Positions 1 through 12,243 of a stretch of DNA of 64,000 nt are shown here, piece after piece. Source of the DNA: Octopus vulgaris (Eukaryota); the NCBI GenBank assembly GCA_951406725.2, contig OX597816.1, positions 144,336,001 through 144,400,000 of the forward strand, in the 5' to 3' direction. Position numbers and translations under genes: made by a program. Numbering within the stretch: position 1 is the stretch's first letter; the number at the start of each line of letters is the position of its first letter. The notes beneath the pieces are model-generated. The model made no database searches and was not told the origin of the DNA. It was given only the letters and a program-made list of their open reading frames with translations.

Positions 1-556
1 CAGAATATACTTATTTAAATGTTTGATTTGTAATGTTAATTTAATTAAAAATTCTCACTGTTGTTTTATCGTATAGCACAATTGTCCAGTGACATAATAT
101 TAGAGCTTTCTCCCACTATTTCCATAATATTCCTAGGTACGTATACGTGTTTTGAACTTACTGAAGATCCTACGACTATACTGGTTCTTCGTTTTTTTTT
201 TTTAAATATTATGACAGTTCATTTATGTTAAATTATTTCGCAGTTTCGGTCGACCCCTATCCATTTCGAAGTTGATTTTATTTTTCATTTCTAGATTAAT
301 CTATTTTCTTGTCTGTTTTGCATTTGTCATTTGAAATTCTGCTTTTCAATCTTGAAAACATTAAACAATATTTTAAAAAATATATCGAATTTTAATATAC
401 AGTAACCAACGGAAAAAGTAAAAAAAAAATGAACGAAAACAACGAAAATATGAAGAGAGATTTATAAATGCACACATAATTAATAACAAAGAGAAAAAGA
501 AAAAATAACCAACCAAAACCGTGCAGTGTTGTTTAAACCGAGGGACAGCTGTATAC

Positions 557-559
<3 letters not shown>

Positions 560-596
<37 letters not shown>

Positions 597-612
597 GGAG
601 AGAGAGAGAGAG

Positions 613-647
<35 letters not shown>
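560..647. repeat. (GA)n/(GATA)n compound microsatellite
   Basis: Direct inspection of sequence. Confidence 0.95.
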
Positions 648-1143
648 AAGGTGGAGATTAAGACAAACAGAAAATGAAATAAATAAGAGTGAATGAAAAG
701 ATGTGATATTCATATTTTTCCGTATGATGTTAGCAAACATCTCTCCTCCCGAGGATTCGATACAGTAATTTTTTCCATATTGGTTTTCACCCTCAGTACA
801 GTATTTATAATGGAAAGGGAAAGAGATTTTGTAATGATCAGACTGTCACCAAGAATTGAACATCTGGGTGCTTCCATATTCTTTATGATGATAAATAGTT
901 TTCAAGCTCCAGCATAGCAATATACATAATGACCAAAACGAAATTTAAGGTCTAAATAGATAAAAAATTGGTTTATTTCAACTGGGTCCAAAATGTCTTT
1001 ATATCATTTTTATAGTAAAAGGAAGCTGTGCAGTGTGGCATTGAGGCATTCCCAAGAAGTTTGGTATTTCTTGTTTTCAAAGCAATATGCTAATGAGTTT
1101 TTTTCTTTACTTAGGAAACTTATTCTCATTCCCACTGGAACGT

Positions 1144-1146
<3 letters not shown>

Positions 1147-1180
<34 letters not shown>

Positions 1181-1337
1181 ATACACACAACATATACACA
1201 CAGAGAGACATAGACACGCACACAGACACACACATGCACACACGCACACACAGAATACCGCGCACCCACAGACACGCACACAGAGACACGTGCGCGCGCA
1301 CACAGACAGACTCACACACATTGACACACACAGAGAC
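1147..1337. repeat. (CA)n and degenerate CA-rich microsatellite
   Basis: Direct inspection; explains overlapping HT/CV-rich ORFs. Confidence 0.9.
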
Positions 1338-1614
1338 TAAATTATGATTTACCTTACATGTATATCTAGAAGAACACTCGACACATACAGTAGAGTGAAA
1401 CATTTTTTCATTTGTAGTAAATGAGGGTCAACTCTAATTTCTAGCCTTAAAGTGCAGTGCTCCAAAAAAGGACATTTTACTTTTGCATTTATCAAATAGG
1501 GACCAACACTAATCTGAGCTCTAAAGTTGATCAAACCCCATGTATACGCGCGCACACACACACACAAAGTAGTACACATAGATACACAGATATACTTATA
1601 TATATATATATATA

Positions 1615-1706
1615 TTCTATTTCTATTCCTGAGCGCCATACTAATACATTTGCTTGTTTGTACTCCACCTGCCTTCGTCTTTTGTTTATTTTCGTAAACT
1701 TTCCCG

Positions 1707-1707
<1 letters not shown>
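1615..1707 (+). mobile_element. Short 3' fragment of PLE-like terminal repeat family 1 (hammerhead part missing), embedded in (TA)n
   Basis: ttcctgagcgccatactaatacatttgcttgtttgtactccacctgccttcgtc aligns by eye to 9250-9305 and to the reverse complement of 27005-27062; TA repeats on both sides. Confidence 0.65.
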
Positions 1708-1771
<64 letters not shown>

Positions 1772-2157
1772 TATATACATACATGCACACATACATACAT
1801 ATATACATACATGCATATTATTTAAAATGGTATACTAATTGCTCAAAGTTATCTTTACTGTTAGTTTCAAAGGGTGTTCTCGCTCTCTTCAGGACGGCCC
1901 GTTACATGTTTTAACCCCAAAAGCTATAAGTATGTATAACTGGACATTATTTTTTATGGTTAATGAACTTACATCAAGGAAATTACATTCTTATGTGCCT
2001 TTGCATTTATTCTCTTTGACAACTGATGTAGCTTTGTTACATCCCGGTGACTCAGTGCTTCAGCAAAAAGTGATCGATAGAATAAGTAAACTAGATGGGC
2101 TTGATCGATTAAACATTCAAGGTGGTATCCTAGCATAGTTGCAATCATGTCTCTCTC

Positions 2158-2340
2158 GTATGTATGTATGTATGTATGTATGTATGTATGTATGTATGTA
2201 TGTATGTATGTATGTATGTATGCATGTGCGTGTACGTATGAGTGCGTCCATACGTACACACATGCACATATGCACACACTTATATAGAGAAATAGATAGA
2301 TAGATAGAAAGATAGAGGAAGAGAGAGAGAGAGATAGAGA

Positions 2341-2406
<66 letters not shown>
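2158..2406. repeat. (TATG)n followed by (GATA)n/(GA)n microsatellites
   Basis: Direct inspection. Confidence 0.95.
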
Positions 2407-2413
<7 letters not shown>

Positions 2414-2530
2414 AAAGAAAGAGATGGATAAAGCAAGGGAATTGTGAGTCGGAAAAGTTCGTACACGCGCGCGTGTATGTCTGTGTGTGATATGTGATTT
2501 ACTGCGTATTCGCGAGCGAACGAAAATTAG

Positions 2531-2648
2531 ACCATTTATTTTGGTTGGTTTTCTCTGAACTTATTGCCATACTGTATGACTTTGATGTACTGTATAACTG
2601 TTTCATCAAGTTTTCCAACTCTGTTTTTGTTCCTGCCGGGCCATCGAC
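2531..2648 (-). mobile_element. RTE-type LINE RT fragment, inverted copy of 4010-4125
   Basis: Encodes DGPAGTKTELENLMKQLYSTSKSYSMAISSEKT; near-identical to the reverse complement of 4010-4125. Confidence 0.8.
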
Positions 2649-3542
2649 TGTTTTGATCACTATACATATTAACGAGGGTGTCATATTCGTTCTGTGGGTT
2701 AGATTAGATTTAAAAAAGAATGAAAGACCAGTACTAGAACAGTAAATAAAAGACAATCGAAATTTCGGTATTTAAGGAAACTGTGCGCTGAATTTTCCGA
2801 TTTATGCCCAGTCAGATTTCATTTGTTCGCTAGATGTTATAAAAACAAAAGTTCCCAAGGATATATTTTTTCCTTTCTACAAGTAGACAGGCAACCCTCT
2901 GTTTGCCCTTTATACCCCAAATTAATTTTTCCAATTCCTCCCATCCTTTCCATTGCCATTAATGGAATGAGATAAGTAGCTTAATACATGAAGATTAATC
3001 AATGATGTTCTGGTTTGCAAGTGAGCAAAAACCAAATGACAGAATTCGGTACAACCGGGTTGGCAACCCCTACAATTTAATCAAACACGCTATTTCATTA
3101 GTTGAAATTCAGATTTAAGGGTTAGTCACTGAGTCGGTAAACGTCAATTCGCATAGTTTCCCCTCAAGGATAAAATCTAAAGGTCAGTTCAAATGTCAAA
3201 CTGAGGTATAATGGCAGAAGGTCAAACATGCTGGTAACTTTTAAATCAATCCAAATGTTGGATAGTTTTTCTTTATTACAAAAGAAAAAAAAAAAGGCTA
3301 TAATCATGTACTCTCCGGTTTTAAACTCAACAGTATAGTTGAAACGGTAGTATTTTCTTTGTCCAACTAAAATAACACATATGGCTAGCAACTATCTTTG
3401 CTTTCTATTCCGTAACAAGCATAACCTCTCCTATTCTCTTGTGTCTGACATCTATCAACTTCTTACAGAAGATTAACCAGTACCCACATTTTACTATATT
3501 TGTAAAATATGCTTATCTTTCTATTACCAGTCTCTCTTGCTC

Positions 3543-3593
<51 letters not shown>

Positions 3594-3791
3594 CATGACT
3601 ACATATTTACATTTACATGACATAGTATACATATACACGCACGCACACACATACACACACACACACGCGTACACGAACCATATTATAAATATATATATAT
3701 ATATGTACATACATATACACATATATGTGTACATACATATGATGTATATATATATGAGATAAATATTTATTCTTTTACTAGTTCCAAGGTA

Positions 3792-4560
3792 TTGTCTTCT
3801 GCAAATATTGCAGAAGAACAAGCTGGTTTCAGAGAAAATAAAAGCACCATAGAACAAATATTTAATCTCAGAGTCCATGTTGAAAATCATCTAGAGCATC
3901 TAAGAGAATTATACCACGTTTTCTCTCCTACACTCTTTAACACCTTTCTAGAAAGAATCATGTCAAATGCACTCGAAGACCATCACCAACCTCTGATTCG
4001 CCGCTGACATCGATGGCCCGGCAGGAACAAAAACAGAGTTGGAAAACTTGATGAAACAGTTATACAGTACATCAAAGCCATACGGTATGGCAATACGTAC
4101 AGAGAAAACTAACCAAAATTATGGCCAACGAAACAAGAATGTACCAGAAATGACATCACATTGATCGGACACGCACTAGAAACTGTCAGCAAGTTCAGTT
4201 ACCTAGAAGCTATCGTCAATGACGAACGATCCAGGCTAGAATCCTCTCTCGAATTGGACAGGTAACAGCAGCGCTCTGAGAACGCAGGACAATCTGGGAA
4301 GAGAGGAACATTATGTTCTGTACAAAAGTCAGACTGATGTGATCACTTGTGATTTCCATATTTCTATACGCCTGCAAGGCACAGTGGAAAGTGGACGATA
4401 GCAAGGCAGGCCATGGAAGATAGAGCTTGTAACATCAAGGAATGGACAGACTTCAATTGCGCTAACATGAAGTGAGCGGCATATAACTGAAAGGCTGCAA
4501 AGTCTGGTTGCGACGTCGTCAACGACTGCCCAATGACCACACAGTCAAAAGATAAGATAT
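3792..4560 (+). mobile_element. Decayed, internally deleted RTE-clade non-LTR retrotransposon (RT region to 3' end)
   Basis: IAEEQAGFRENKSTIEQIFNLR, SPTLFNTFLERIM, a frameshifted FAD-like motif and later SIFLYAC; typical RTE RT blocks with intervening segments missing. Confidence 0.8.
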
Positions 4561-5957
4561 AGCATATAGGACTGAATGAATTCTAAAACAATGGGTAGGG
4601 TATTTTACAAATCTTTTTACAACCAATCTACAGTTGGATGGTATAGATCTTAGAAATCTATAATCCTAATATAGAGGACATCAACATTGTCATTAAATAG
4701 ATCAGCTGAGGAATATCCAGGGAATTAATGCTATACTAGCTGATGTTAATAAGCGTGGGGAAGCCGTGCTAATCTTTTGACCACACTATCAATATATGAA
4801 ATAGTTCAATAGTTTATAACCGTCTCTGCTTGAAAACAGGCTTTCGGTTCCTAGAGTCTACGTTTTTTTTTTCTTCTTGTAGACTTAGATATTCAAACTA
4901 TGGCACAGCTTTGTAATGGAAGTCATATCGTCCAACGACGTTTTGCCGAAAGACATTTTATCAAACGGCTTTTTATAGAAACCATTATTTTTTAATGAAA
5001 AACCACCTTACACAATGTCTTTTCACTGCACTGCATTTTATTGAACCAACTTCTTACCAAAACGACTTTTCGCACAAAATTTTTGCAAATGTAGAATAAT
5101 TTTGTAGAATAATTTTATCTATAGAACAATTTTAAATAGAGAATAATATTTAATGCAATGTAAGTGCTAAAATTCTAGATAATTTTTCCAATATATTATT
5201 TTGTAAAGTATTTATAGGGCAACTAATCGAAAATAGTGGATTATTTTCAAATTAATAGTAGTCTGATCATTGATTAGTTGAAACAAAAATATTACTGATG
5301 AGCTCTGTAAAACGATCAAGTTGTGGTGATTCTACGTTGAACTTTATGAATTTGCACACTATTTTCACATACAAGCATACACAGATATCACCCACTTACG
5401 CACACATACACATGTAGAATGGATTAATTTCTTCTACATACACAATACACATAGACGCATACATATTTACCTTTAATATATAAATAGACACTATGAGTAT
5501 TCGTTACAACTTTAAAATTTGCTAAATGATTTGTTAAATTAAAATTTCAGATGTATATTCCATTATATAATAACTAACACCGGTCATAAGCGATGGGGAG
5601 ACAAACACAAAAATGTACACGCGCTCACACATACATACATACATACATACATACATACATACATACATACATACATACATACATACATACATACATACAT
5701 ACATACATACATACATACAACGGTGTGCTTCTATAAAGTTTCTTGCTACCAATTTACTCACAAAGAGTTTGGAGACTTAGGTCATAGGAGAAAACACACA
5801 AAGTGGGGCGCTAAGCGACTGAGGTATGCCTGAACATTTTATATACATACATACATACATACATACATACATACATACATACATACATACATACATACAT
5901 ACAAACATACGTACATACATACGTACACGCATACATACATACACGCATACATACACA

Positions 5958-7112
5958 AAGGGTGCGATGGGTAAATTGTTGCCGTTTTATATTTTTAATT
6001 CCGTGCATTGTTTGTTTTTGATTTTGTCAACTACACAGTGTTATAGGGCCAGTTGGGTATCGTATATATAAAAAAAAACACAGCACCATGATGCAATTCA
6101 CTCGGCCAGAAATTTGGAAACGACATGCTGTACTGCTTGGCATTCGCGCCGGAAGCTCCAATACGAACATTTCAGAGTTTGGGTGTCAATCTGAGGACAG
6201 TGGAGAGGATTCGGAAAGAGTTGGATGAGTCTAATAGTGATTACAAAGATACGGCAATTCGGAAACTCACTCTGATCGTTCAGAAAAGAACTCATGAATT
6301 TGTTGCTGAGATCCAGGATATAACTGACAACGATCTTTCCAAATCAATCAAGTCCATCGCCAGAGACATGGGAGTATCTGAGTTTCTTATCAGGCAGGTA
6401 GTGCATGAAGGCATTCGGTATTCTTCATACAAGATGAGAAAGGGCCAACTTTTATCCCAAGCCATCAAGGACAAGAGGAAAGATCGTGCTACGAAGCTTT
6501 TGAACAAAGTCAAGCATCCCCTCCAACCCAACATGCTTTGAATTTTCTCAGACGAGAAAAAATTCTGCCAGGATCAGATGGTGAACACACAGAACAACCG
6601 TTGGCTTGTCGTGTCAGCTAAACATGTACCAAGAGTGATAAATATCAAACATCCAGTCAACATCATAGTGTTTGGAGTGATCACTAGTGATGACGACGTT
6701 ATGCCTCCATTCATCTTCCCACACGGCCTGAAACTCAACACGGAGACCTCCATCAAGTGCCTGGAGGAGATAGTACTGCTGTGGGTCAAGAGGGTGACTG
6801 CTAGAAGATCATATATCTGGCAACAGGACTCTGTACATGCGACTTAAGTTATATAACCCAATCGTGGCTGTCAGACAATTTGTGCGTCACATCACCCCTA
6901 ACATCTGCCCACTTAACTCCCCACACTGCAACCCACTTGATTATTATGTGTTGGGTGCAGTTGAGCGAAAGACCAACAAAACTGCTTGTAACACCAAAGA
7001 TGAACTGAAGGCAAAGACTATGGCAGCATTCACCAACTTAAATAAGGAGAACGTTCAGAAGAGTTGCAAAAGATTCCGAAGTCGTCTGGAGGCCGTGGTT
7101 GAAGCCAATGGC
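5958..7112 (+). mobile_element. Tc1/mariner superfamily DNA transposon (maT/DD37D-like), right end lost in a microsatellite
   Basis: Left end agggtgcgatgggtaaattg followed by a transposase pseudogene; sequence runs into (GT)n(TA)n at about 7112 with no right TIR visible. Confidence 0.85.
6088..7112 (+). pseudogene. Tc1/mariner DDD transposase pseudogene (frameshifts and stops)
   Basis: HTH-like GVNLRTVERIRKEL and SIKSIARDMGVSEFLIRQVVHE; catalytic blocks FSDEKKF, WQQDS and NSPHCNPLDYYV; C-terminal RFRSRLEAVVEANG. Spread over ORFs 6125-6541, 6578-6847, 6837-7253. Confidence 0.85.
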
Positions 7113-7127
7113 GTGTGTGTGTGTGCT

Positions 7128-7135
<8 letters not shown>

Positions 7136-7192
<57 letters not shown>

Positions 7193-7338
7193 GTATGTAT
7201 CTATATGTGTGTGTGTATGCATTTGTAAACTTGTCACCAATAACGGCGAATAAGCCGAAACTTTGTAGTCACTGTCAATCAGTTCGTCCGTCCGTCTGTC
7301 TGTCTGACTGTCTGTCTGTCTGTCTGTCTACCTGTCTG

Positions 7339-7411
<73 letters not shown>

Positions 7412-7436
7412 ATATCTATCTATCTATCTATCTATG
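7136..7436. repeat. (TA)n, (TCTG)n and (TCTA)n microsatellites
   Basis: Direct inspection. Confidence 0.9.
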
Positions 7437-8349
7437 CTAACCACTAAACAACATATCCATTTAAAATCATCGTATTAGAAGTTGCCGCAAATTTATTAAA
7501 AGAAGAAAAATAAATAAAGCGACATTGCACAGAGCCATGTGCAATAAATAATACATCATATCACCTCATAGTCTATTTATAAATGCTTTCTAGAAAGGAA
7601 AAACAATAAAAATTCCTGGTTCAAAATTAAACTTACCCAGCTTTTCTCATGAAAAGTCTATATCTATTGAAAATGGTTGCTAAGAATATTTATCATAAGA
7701 TTAACTTACTTAGGTGACCTTATTCAGCTTACATAGTGGTTCAAAATCGCAAGACACTAGACTCTAACATTTCGCCGGCTGTCTCTGTGCCTGAATATTT
7801 ATCAAGATTTACCTTTAGTTCCTACACTTATCGCATCGAACTGTTTCGTATTGTAAACGCATGAACGTGCTTTCATTTGACAGTCAAATTTTGTTTCCTG
7901 ACGTCTTAAGATTATATCCATACAGAATTAAAACAATGACAGATAACTCTATTACACCGCCTTCCTTTTTATTTTGCAAGTTTTTGTCCTTGATGTCGTC
8001 AACGATTCGAGCTATAGTTAATGAACCTAAGTGACTTCATAATGGTATTAAAGGTGTTCTTTATAACAGATACGTGTGGGCGTGCGTATTTTCTTTCCAC
8101 TTCTAAAACTCACTACATCATACATATGATTCTTATCAGATCTGTTTCTTCAAACGGGTTTTGAAGAAAAGGTATCATAAAATTCTAAATATTAAGCATA
8201 CATTTAGCATTAAGAAGAGAAATAAATAAAATAATATATCTAATTTCATACTCTAATATATTAATAGTGTTTTATATTTTGTTCGTACAGTCCTGGCATG
8301 CTCTCTCTCTCTCTCCATATAACAACAACAACAACAACAACAACAATAG

Positions 8350-8907
8350 TCCCTTGGGCACTTTGCAACAAGTATGGACTTGACAGAGCAAAACATTGGT
8401 ACGACCACAAACCTGAAAGTATTGTCGAAAATAGAAATGCAAAGACCTTATGAGATTTTATGATTCAGTGCGACCATGAAATTGAGAATAGGATGCCGGA
8501 CATAGTCTTAATTGAGAAAGAAAACAAACTATGCTGGATCATAGATATAGTATGCCCAGCTGACAACAAGGTATGCGATAAAGAAGAAAGAAAAGTCGAG
8601 AGATATGACAAGTTAGCTTGGGAAGTTAAGCAGTTGTGGTCGATGAAAAAGGTAGCAGTAGTACCAATAATTGTCGGAGCCCTGGGAACAGTGAGCAAAA
8701 ATCTCGAGAAGCACGTGGAACAAATAGGGGCTGCAATAAGGGTGGAGCACTTCCAGAAAAAAGCACTGCTTGGAACCACTCGAAAAATAAGAGGTGTTAC
8801 CTTAGTTCACTGGTAGGTGCTCGAAAAATAAGAGGTGTTACCTTAGTTCACTGCTAGTGAACAGCTGACACTGTAGTTTATCTCCAGCGTTAGAAGCTGT
8901 GCAAAGG

Positions 8908-8909
<2 letters not shown>
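8350..8909 (+). mobile_element. 5'-truncated R4/Dong-clade non-LTR retrotransposon (restriction-like endonuclease domain and 3' UTR)
   Basis: WYDHKPESIVEN..DFMIQCDHEIENRMPDIVLIEK..WIIDIVCP..KVERYDKLAWEVKQLW..VPIIVGALG is the PD-(D/E)xK RLE domain; flanked by (AAC)n and (TAC)n/(TAA)n. Confidence 0.85.
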
Positions 8910-8968
<59 letters not shown>

Positions 8969-8986
8969 ACTACTACTAATACTACC

Positions 8987-9055
<69 letters not shown>

Positions 9056-9059
9056 ACTG

Positions 9060-9092
<33 letters not shown>

Positions 9093-9107
9093 ATAATAAT
9101 AATAATA
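8910..9107. repeat. Compound trinucleotide microsatellite (TAC)n(TGC)n(CAC)n(TAA)n
   Basis: Direct inspection. Confidence 0.95.
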
Positions 9108-9167
9108 AAATGACAACAAATGAATGAAACCTCGATATTAGGTATGATAGATCGCTTGCCACTAAAC

Positions 9168-9333
9168 CTTTTTCTATTTTCTCTCCCCGTTTATTTCTGT
9201 GTTCCTTTCTGTCGAAGAGCGTAGGCTCGAAACGTAAAAGACTTTCTCACTTCCCGAGCGTTAGACTAATACATCTGTTTGTTGCTTACACACCCGTCTT
9301 CGTCGTTTTAAAAAATTTTTTTTATATAGATTC

Positions 9334-9335
<2 letters not shown>
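9168..9335 (+). mobile_element. PLE-like terminal repeat family 1 carrying a hammerhead-like motif
   Basis: Homologous to 26981-27133 (minus) and 1615-1707; ends at (CT)n(TA)n. Confidence 0.7.
9205..9240 (+). ncRNA. Minimal type-I hammerhead-like motif with U at core position 6
   Basis: cttt-CTGTCGA-a-gagc(gtag)gctc-GAA-ACGT-A-aaag: stem I cttt/aaag, 4-bp stem II, palindromic ACGT stem III, GUA site. Confidence 0.6.
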
Positions 9336-9393
<58 letters not shown>

Positions 9394-9413
9394 GGCGCGC
9401 ACGCATATACATA

Positions 9414-9470
<57 letters not shown>

Positions 9471-10465
9471 CACATGTACGCATCTGTGTTGTAACCATGA
9501 TTACATATCTATACTTAATAAATTTCTTACAGCAACCTCACTTGGTCGACTGTACTCATCACTAGGATAAAAAGGAATAATGGATAAAGAAGAATTTGGG
9601 TGGTACAAGATGTTATAAACTGGTCACATGGTCCAAGACGTCAAGAATCTTTCATCACATTGCATACATGTATAACGAATAATTTTTAAAATTCATGTGA
9701 CAGCAGGTTAAAATTTTTTGCATTTCTTTTTCACTTGCGGTACGGTGAATTTGAATGATTTGGGATCTGTCACATAAGAGAGAGGTCACAATACTTTACG
9801 TTGCTGCACTTTCCAGAATTTCCTATGTAATGATTACATTTTTCTTCATTTCTTGATTTCTTTACGACAATGTGTTTTTACACTGTGTTGTCTCTATTTT
9901 CGGTCGAGATACATTTTTAAAGATAAGGTCAGTACAATAAATAATGTCCTCTTTCTTAAAGAATTTTGACAATTGTATTTCGATTCTTTTAACTCTTGAT
10001 CTGAGATCCCCTCTTAACATTGGAAATATCCTGTCAGCAGCTGAAGCAATCCTTTACATTGTTTTAAATGTATGTTTAAATGCTGGTAGAAAATATGGCC
10101 ATTTGGAAAGGTTTATTGGTCAGGGAAAGAAATCTATCGCTTAACTGGTTTTTGCATTGATTTTATATTTCTTACCGTATAATAGTCCTCTTAGTATTTT
10201 TAGAGCAAATATTTGTTGGCACTGGAGAGTACTTTTTATTTTCAGTATAGTGGCTGATGACTTTGTCTGAGAACTTATTCCTTACTGGTGTCATTGGTCA
10301 TATATTTGCTGGCGTTAATACGCGAAAATTATGCACTATTACAAATACAAAAGACTGGGTACTATTTCGTTCTTAAAAGAAAACGTATGATTTCAAGAAA
10401 GTTCGCAAGTGTACTTCACCTTCTACACTAAGGATGAATTTAATTAATATTGGCGGCATTTATAG

Positions 10466-10634
10466 GGCGGCGAGCTGACTAAATTGTTAGCTCGCCGAGC
10501 CAAATGTTTAGCGATATTTCGTCCTTCTTTACGTTCTGAATTCAAAAGTCACCGAGGTCGACTTTTCCTTTCATCCTTCGGTATCGATAAAATGAGAACC
10601 AGTTGAGTACTGGAGTCGATGTAATCAATTTCAA
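10466..10634 (+). mobile_element. tRNA-derived SINE family B (Nin/Deu-like central domain), truncated
   Basis: ggcggcgagctg..gttag A-box-like head, ttctgaattcaaa B-box-like, ctttcatccttcggtatcgataaaatgagaaccag core; many copies in window. Confidence 0.75.
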
Positions 10635-10782
10635 CCCTCCTGTTTCTGAAGAAGAGCTTTGCTCGAAACGTAAAACACCCTTTCTTTCCTTCTCTGAGTG
10701 TGTTAGTAATACTTTGCATGTACCACGTCCTCGCGTTGTTGTTTTTTTCTTGTCTTCTTTTCTCCGGTTTTTGATTAACTGT
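10635..10782 (+). mobile_element. PLE-like terminal repeat family 2 with hammerhead
   Basis: Homologous to the reverse complement of 34049-34185 (ccacgtcctcgcg..tgttgt..gattaact); ends at (TA)n. Confidence 0.7.
10641..10677 (+). ncRNA. Minimal type-I hammerhead ribozyme
   Basis: tgttt-CTGAAGA-a-gagc(ttt)gctc-GAA-ACGT-A-aaaca: 5-bp stem I, canonical core, GUA cleavage triplet. Confidence 0.8.
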
Positions 10783-10844
10783 ATATATATATATATAATT
10801 GTATATAGTGTTGTGTGATGTACAGAAATTGACAGATAGATAGG

Positions 10845-10915
10845 TACCTACCCACCTACCTACCTACCTACCTACCTACCTACCTACCTACCTACCTACC
10901 TACCTACCTACCTGC

Positions 10916-10978
<63 letters not shown>

Positions 10979-11100
10979 CATATCTATCTATCAGCCTACC
11001 TACCTACCTACTTACCTACCTACCTACCTACCCACCCACCTACCTACCTACCTACCTACCTACCTACCTATCTACCTATATTTCTATCTATCTATCTATC
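10845..11100. repeat. (CCTA)n/(TCTA)n compound microsatellite
   Basis: Direct inspection. Confidence 0.95.
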
Positions 11101-11783
11101 TCCATTGTCATGGAACTTCACCCCAGAAAACAAAAACAATGTTCTCTTCTTCTAAACAAAATCCCCACCAAAACATCTGTTTTATATAAATGAATAAGCT
11201 GTGTGTACATTCATAAAATTTTATTTGACAAGTCCGAGAAACGAACGAAAGTGCTAATAATAATGAAGAAATAAACGGACTTTTATTCAAAATTCTGACT
11301 TTTTTCTCAATATATATACATACACATAAGTGTACATAAGTACATACATAAACACGCACGCACACACATACTGCTTACAGCTTCTTTAAAGCAGTTATCT
11401 AATCGTAACCATATCGTTATTTGTTCGCCTCTCCTGCACAGCATCTTGAGCAAGTGTCTTCTACCAAAGCTTCGAAGTTTGCGAGTTTATATAATGTGTG
11501 TATCTTACACATGATTTTATATTCTACATATGTGAAATGTCTATATGCATATGTACATGAATACACGTAATCAAGTACTGTTTGGAATTTAACTTGGTGT
11601 TCTGCCATATACACCACTCCATCGCATAGAAGTAAGAATTAACGTTATAAGAAATAACCTAGATATTATCCAGGTTTGAAAAAATAAGTACTAGTTACTA
11701 TAATATTGACAGTTCCTTCCCCTCAAATGTGAGACTCTTGTGTATATGTTACCAATTAATATTTTAGAGAATAACATATACTA

Positions 11784-11990
11784 TTTTACTCTTTTACTTG
11801 TTTCAGTCATTTGACTGCGGCCATGCTGGAGCACCGCCTATAATCGAGAAACTCGACCCCGGGACTTATTTGTAAGCCCAGTACTTATTCTATCGGTCTC
11901 TTTTTCCGAACCGCTAAGTGACGGGGACATAAACACACCAGCTTCGGTTGTCAAGCGATGTTGGGGGGACAAACACAGACATACAAATAT

Positions 11991-12089
<99 letters not shown>

Positions 12090-12243
12090 TATATACGACG
12101 GGCTTCTTTCAGTTTCCGTCTACCAAATCCACTCACAAGGCTTTGGTCGGCCCGAGGCTATAGTAGAAGACACCTACCCAAGGTGTCACTCTGTGGGACT
12201 GAACCCGGAACCATGTGGTTGGTAAACAAGCTACTTACCACAC
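11784..12243 (-). mobile_element. tRNA-derived SINE family A with internal (TA)n(TG)n microsatellite
   Basis: Minus strand gtggtaagtagcttg..ggttccgggttcagtccc..gactgaaacaagtaaaagagtaaaa tail; about 10 related copies in window. Confidence 0.85.

Noticed and set aside
690-1140. Possible hAT C-terminal or host exon on the minus strand (..ITKSLSLSIINTVLRVKTN..)
   Set aside because: Stops in all frames and no diagnostic motif I could confirm.
1839-2138. 99-aa non-repetitive ORF
   Set aside because: No recognisable domain or convincing splice context; length expected by chance.
9780-10300. Possible decayed DNA-transposon coding remnant on the minus strand (FFKKEDIIYCTDL)
   Set aside because: Single short motif, many stops; family cannot be supported.
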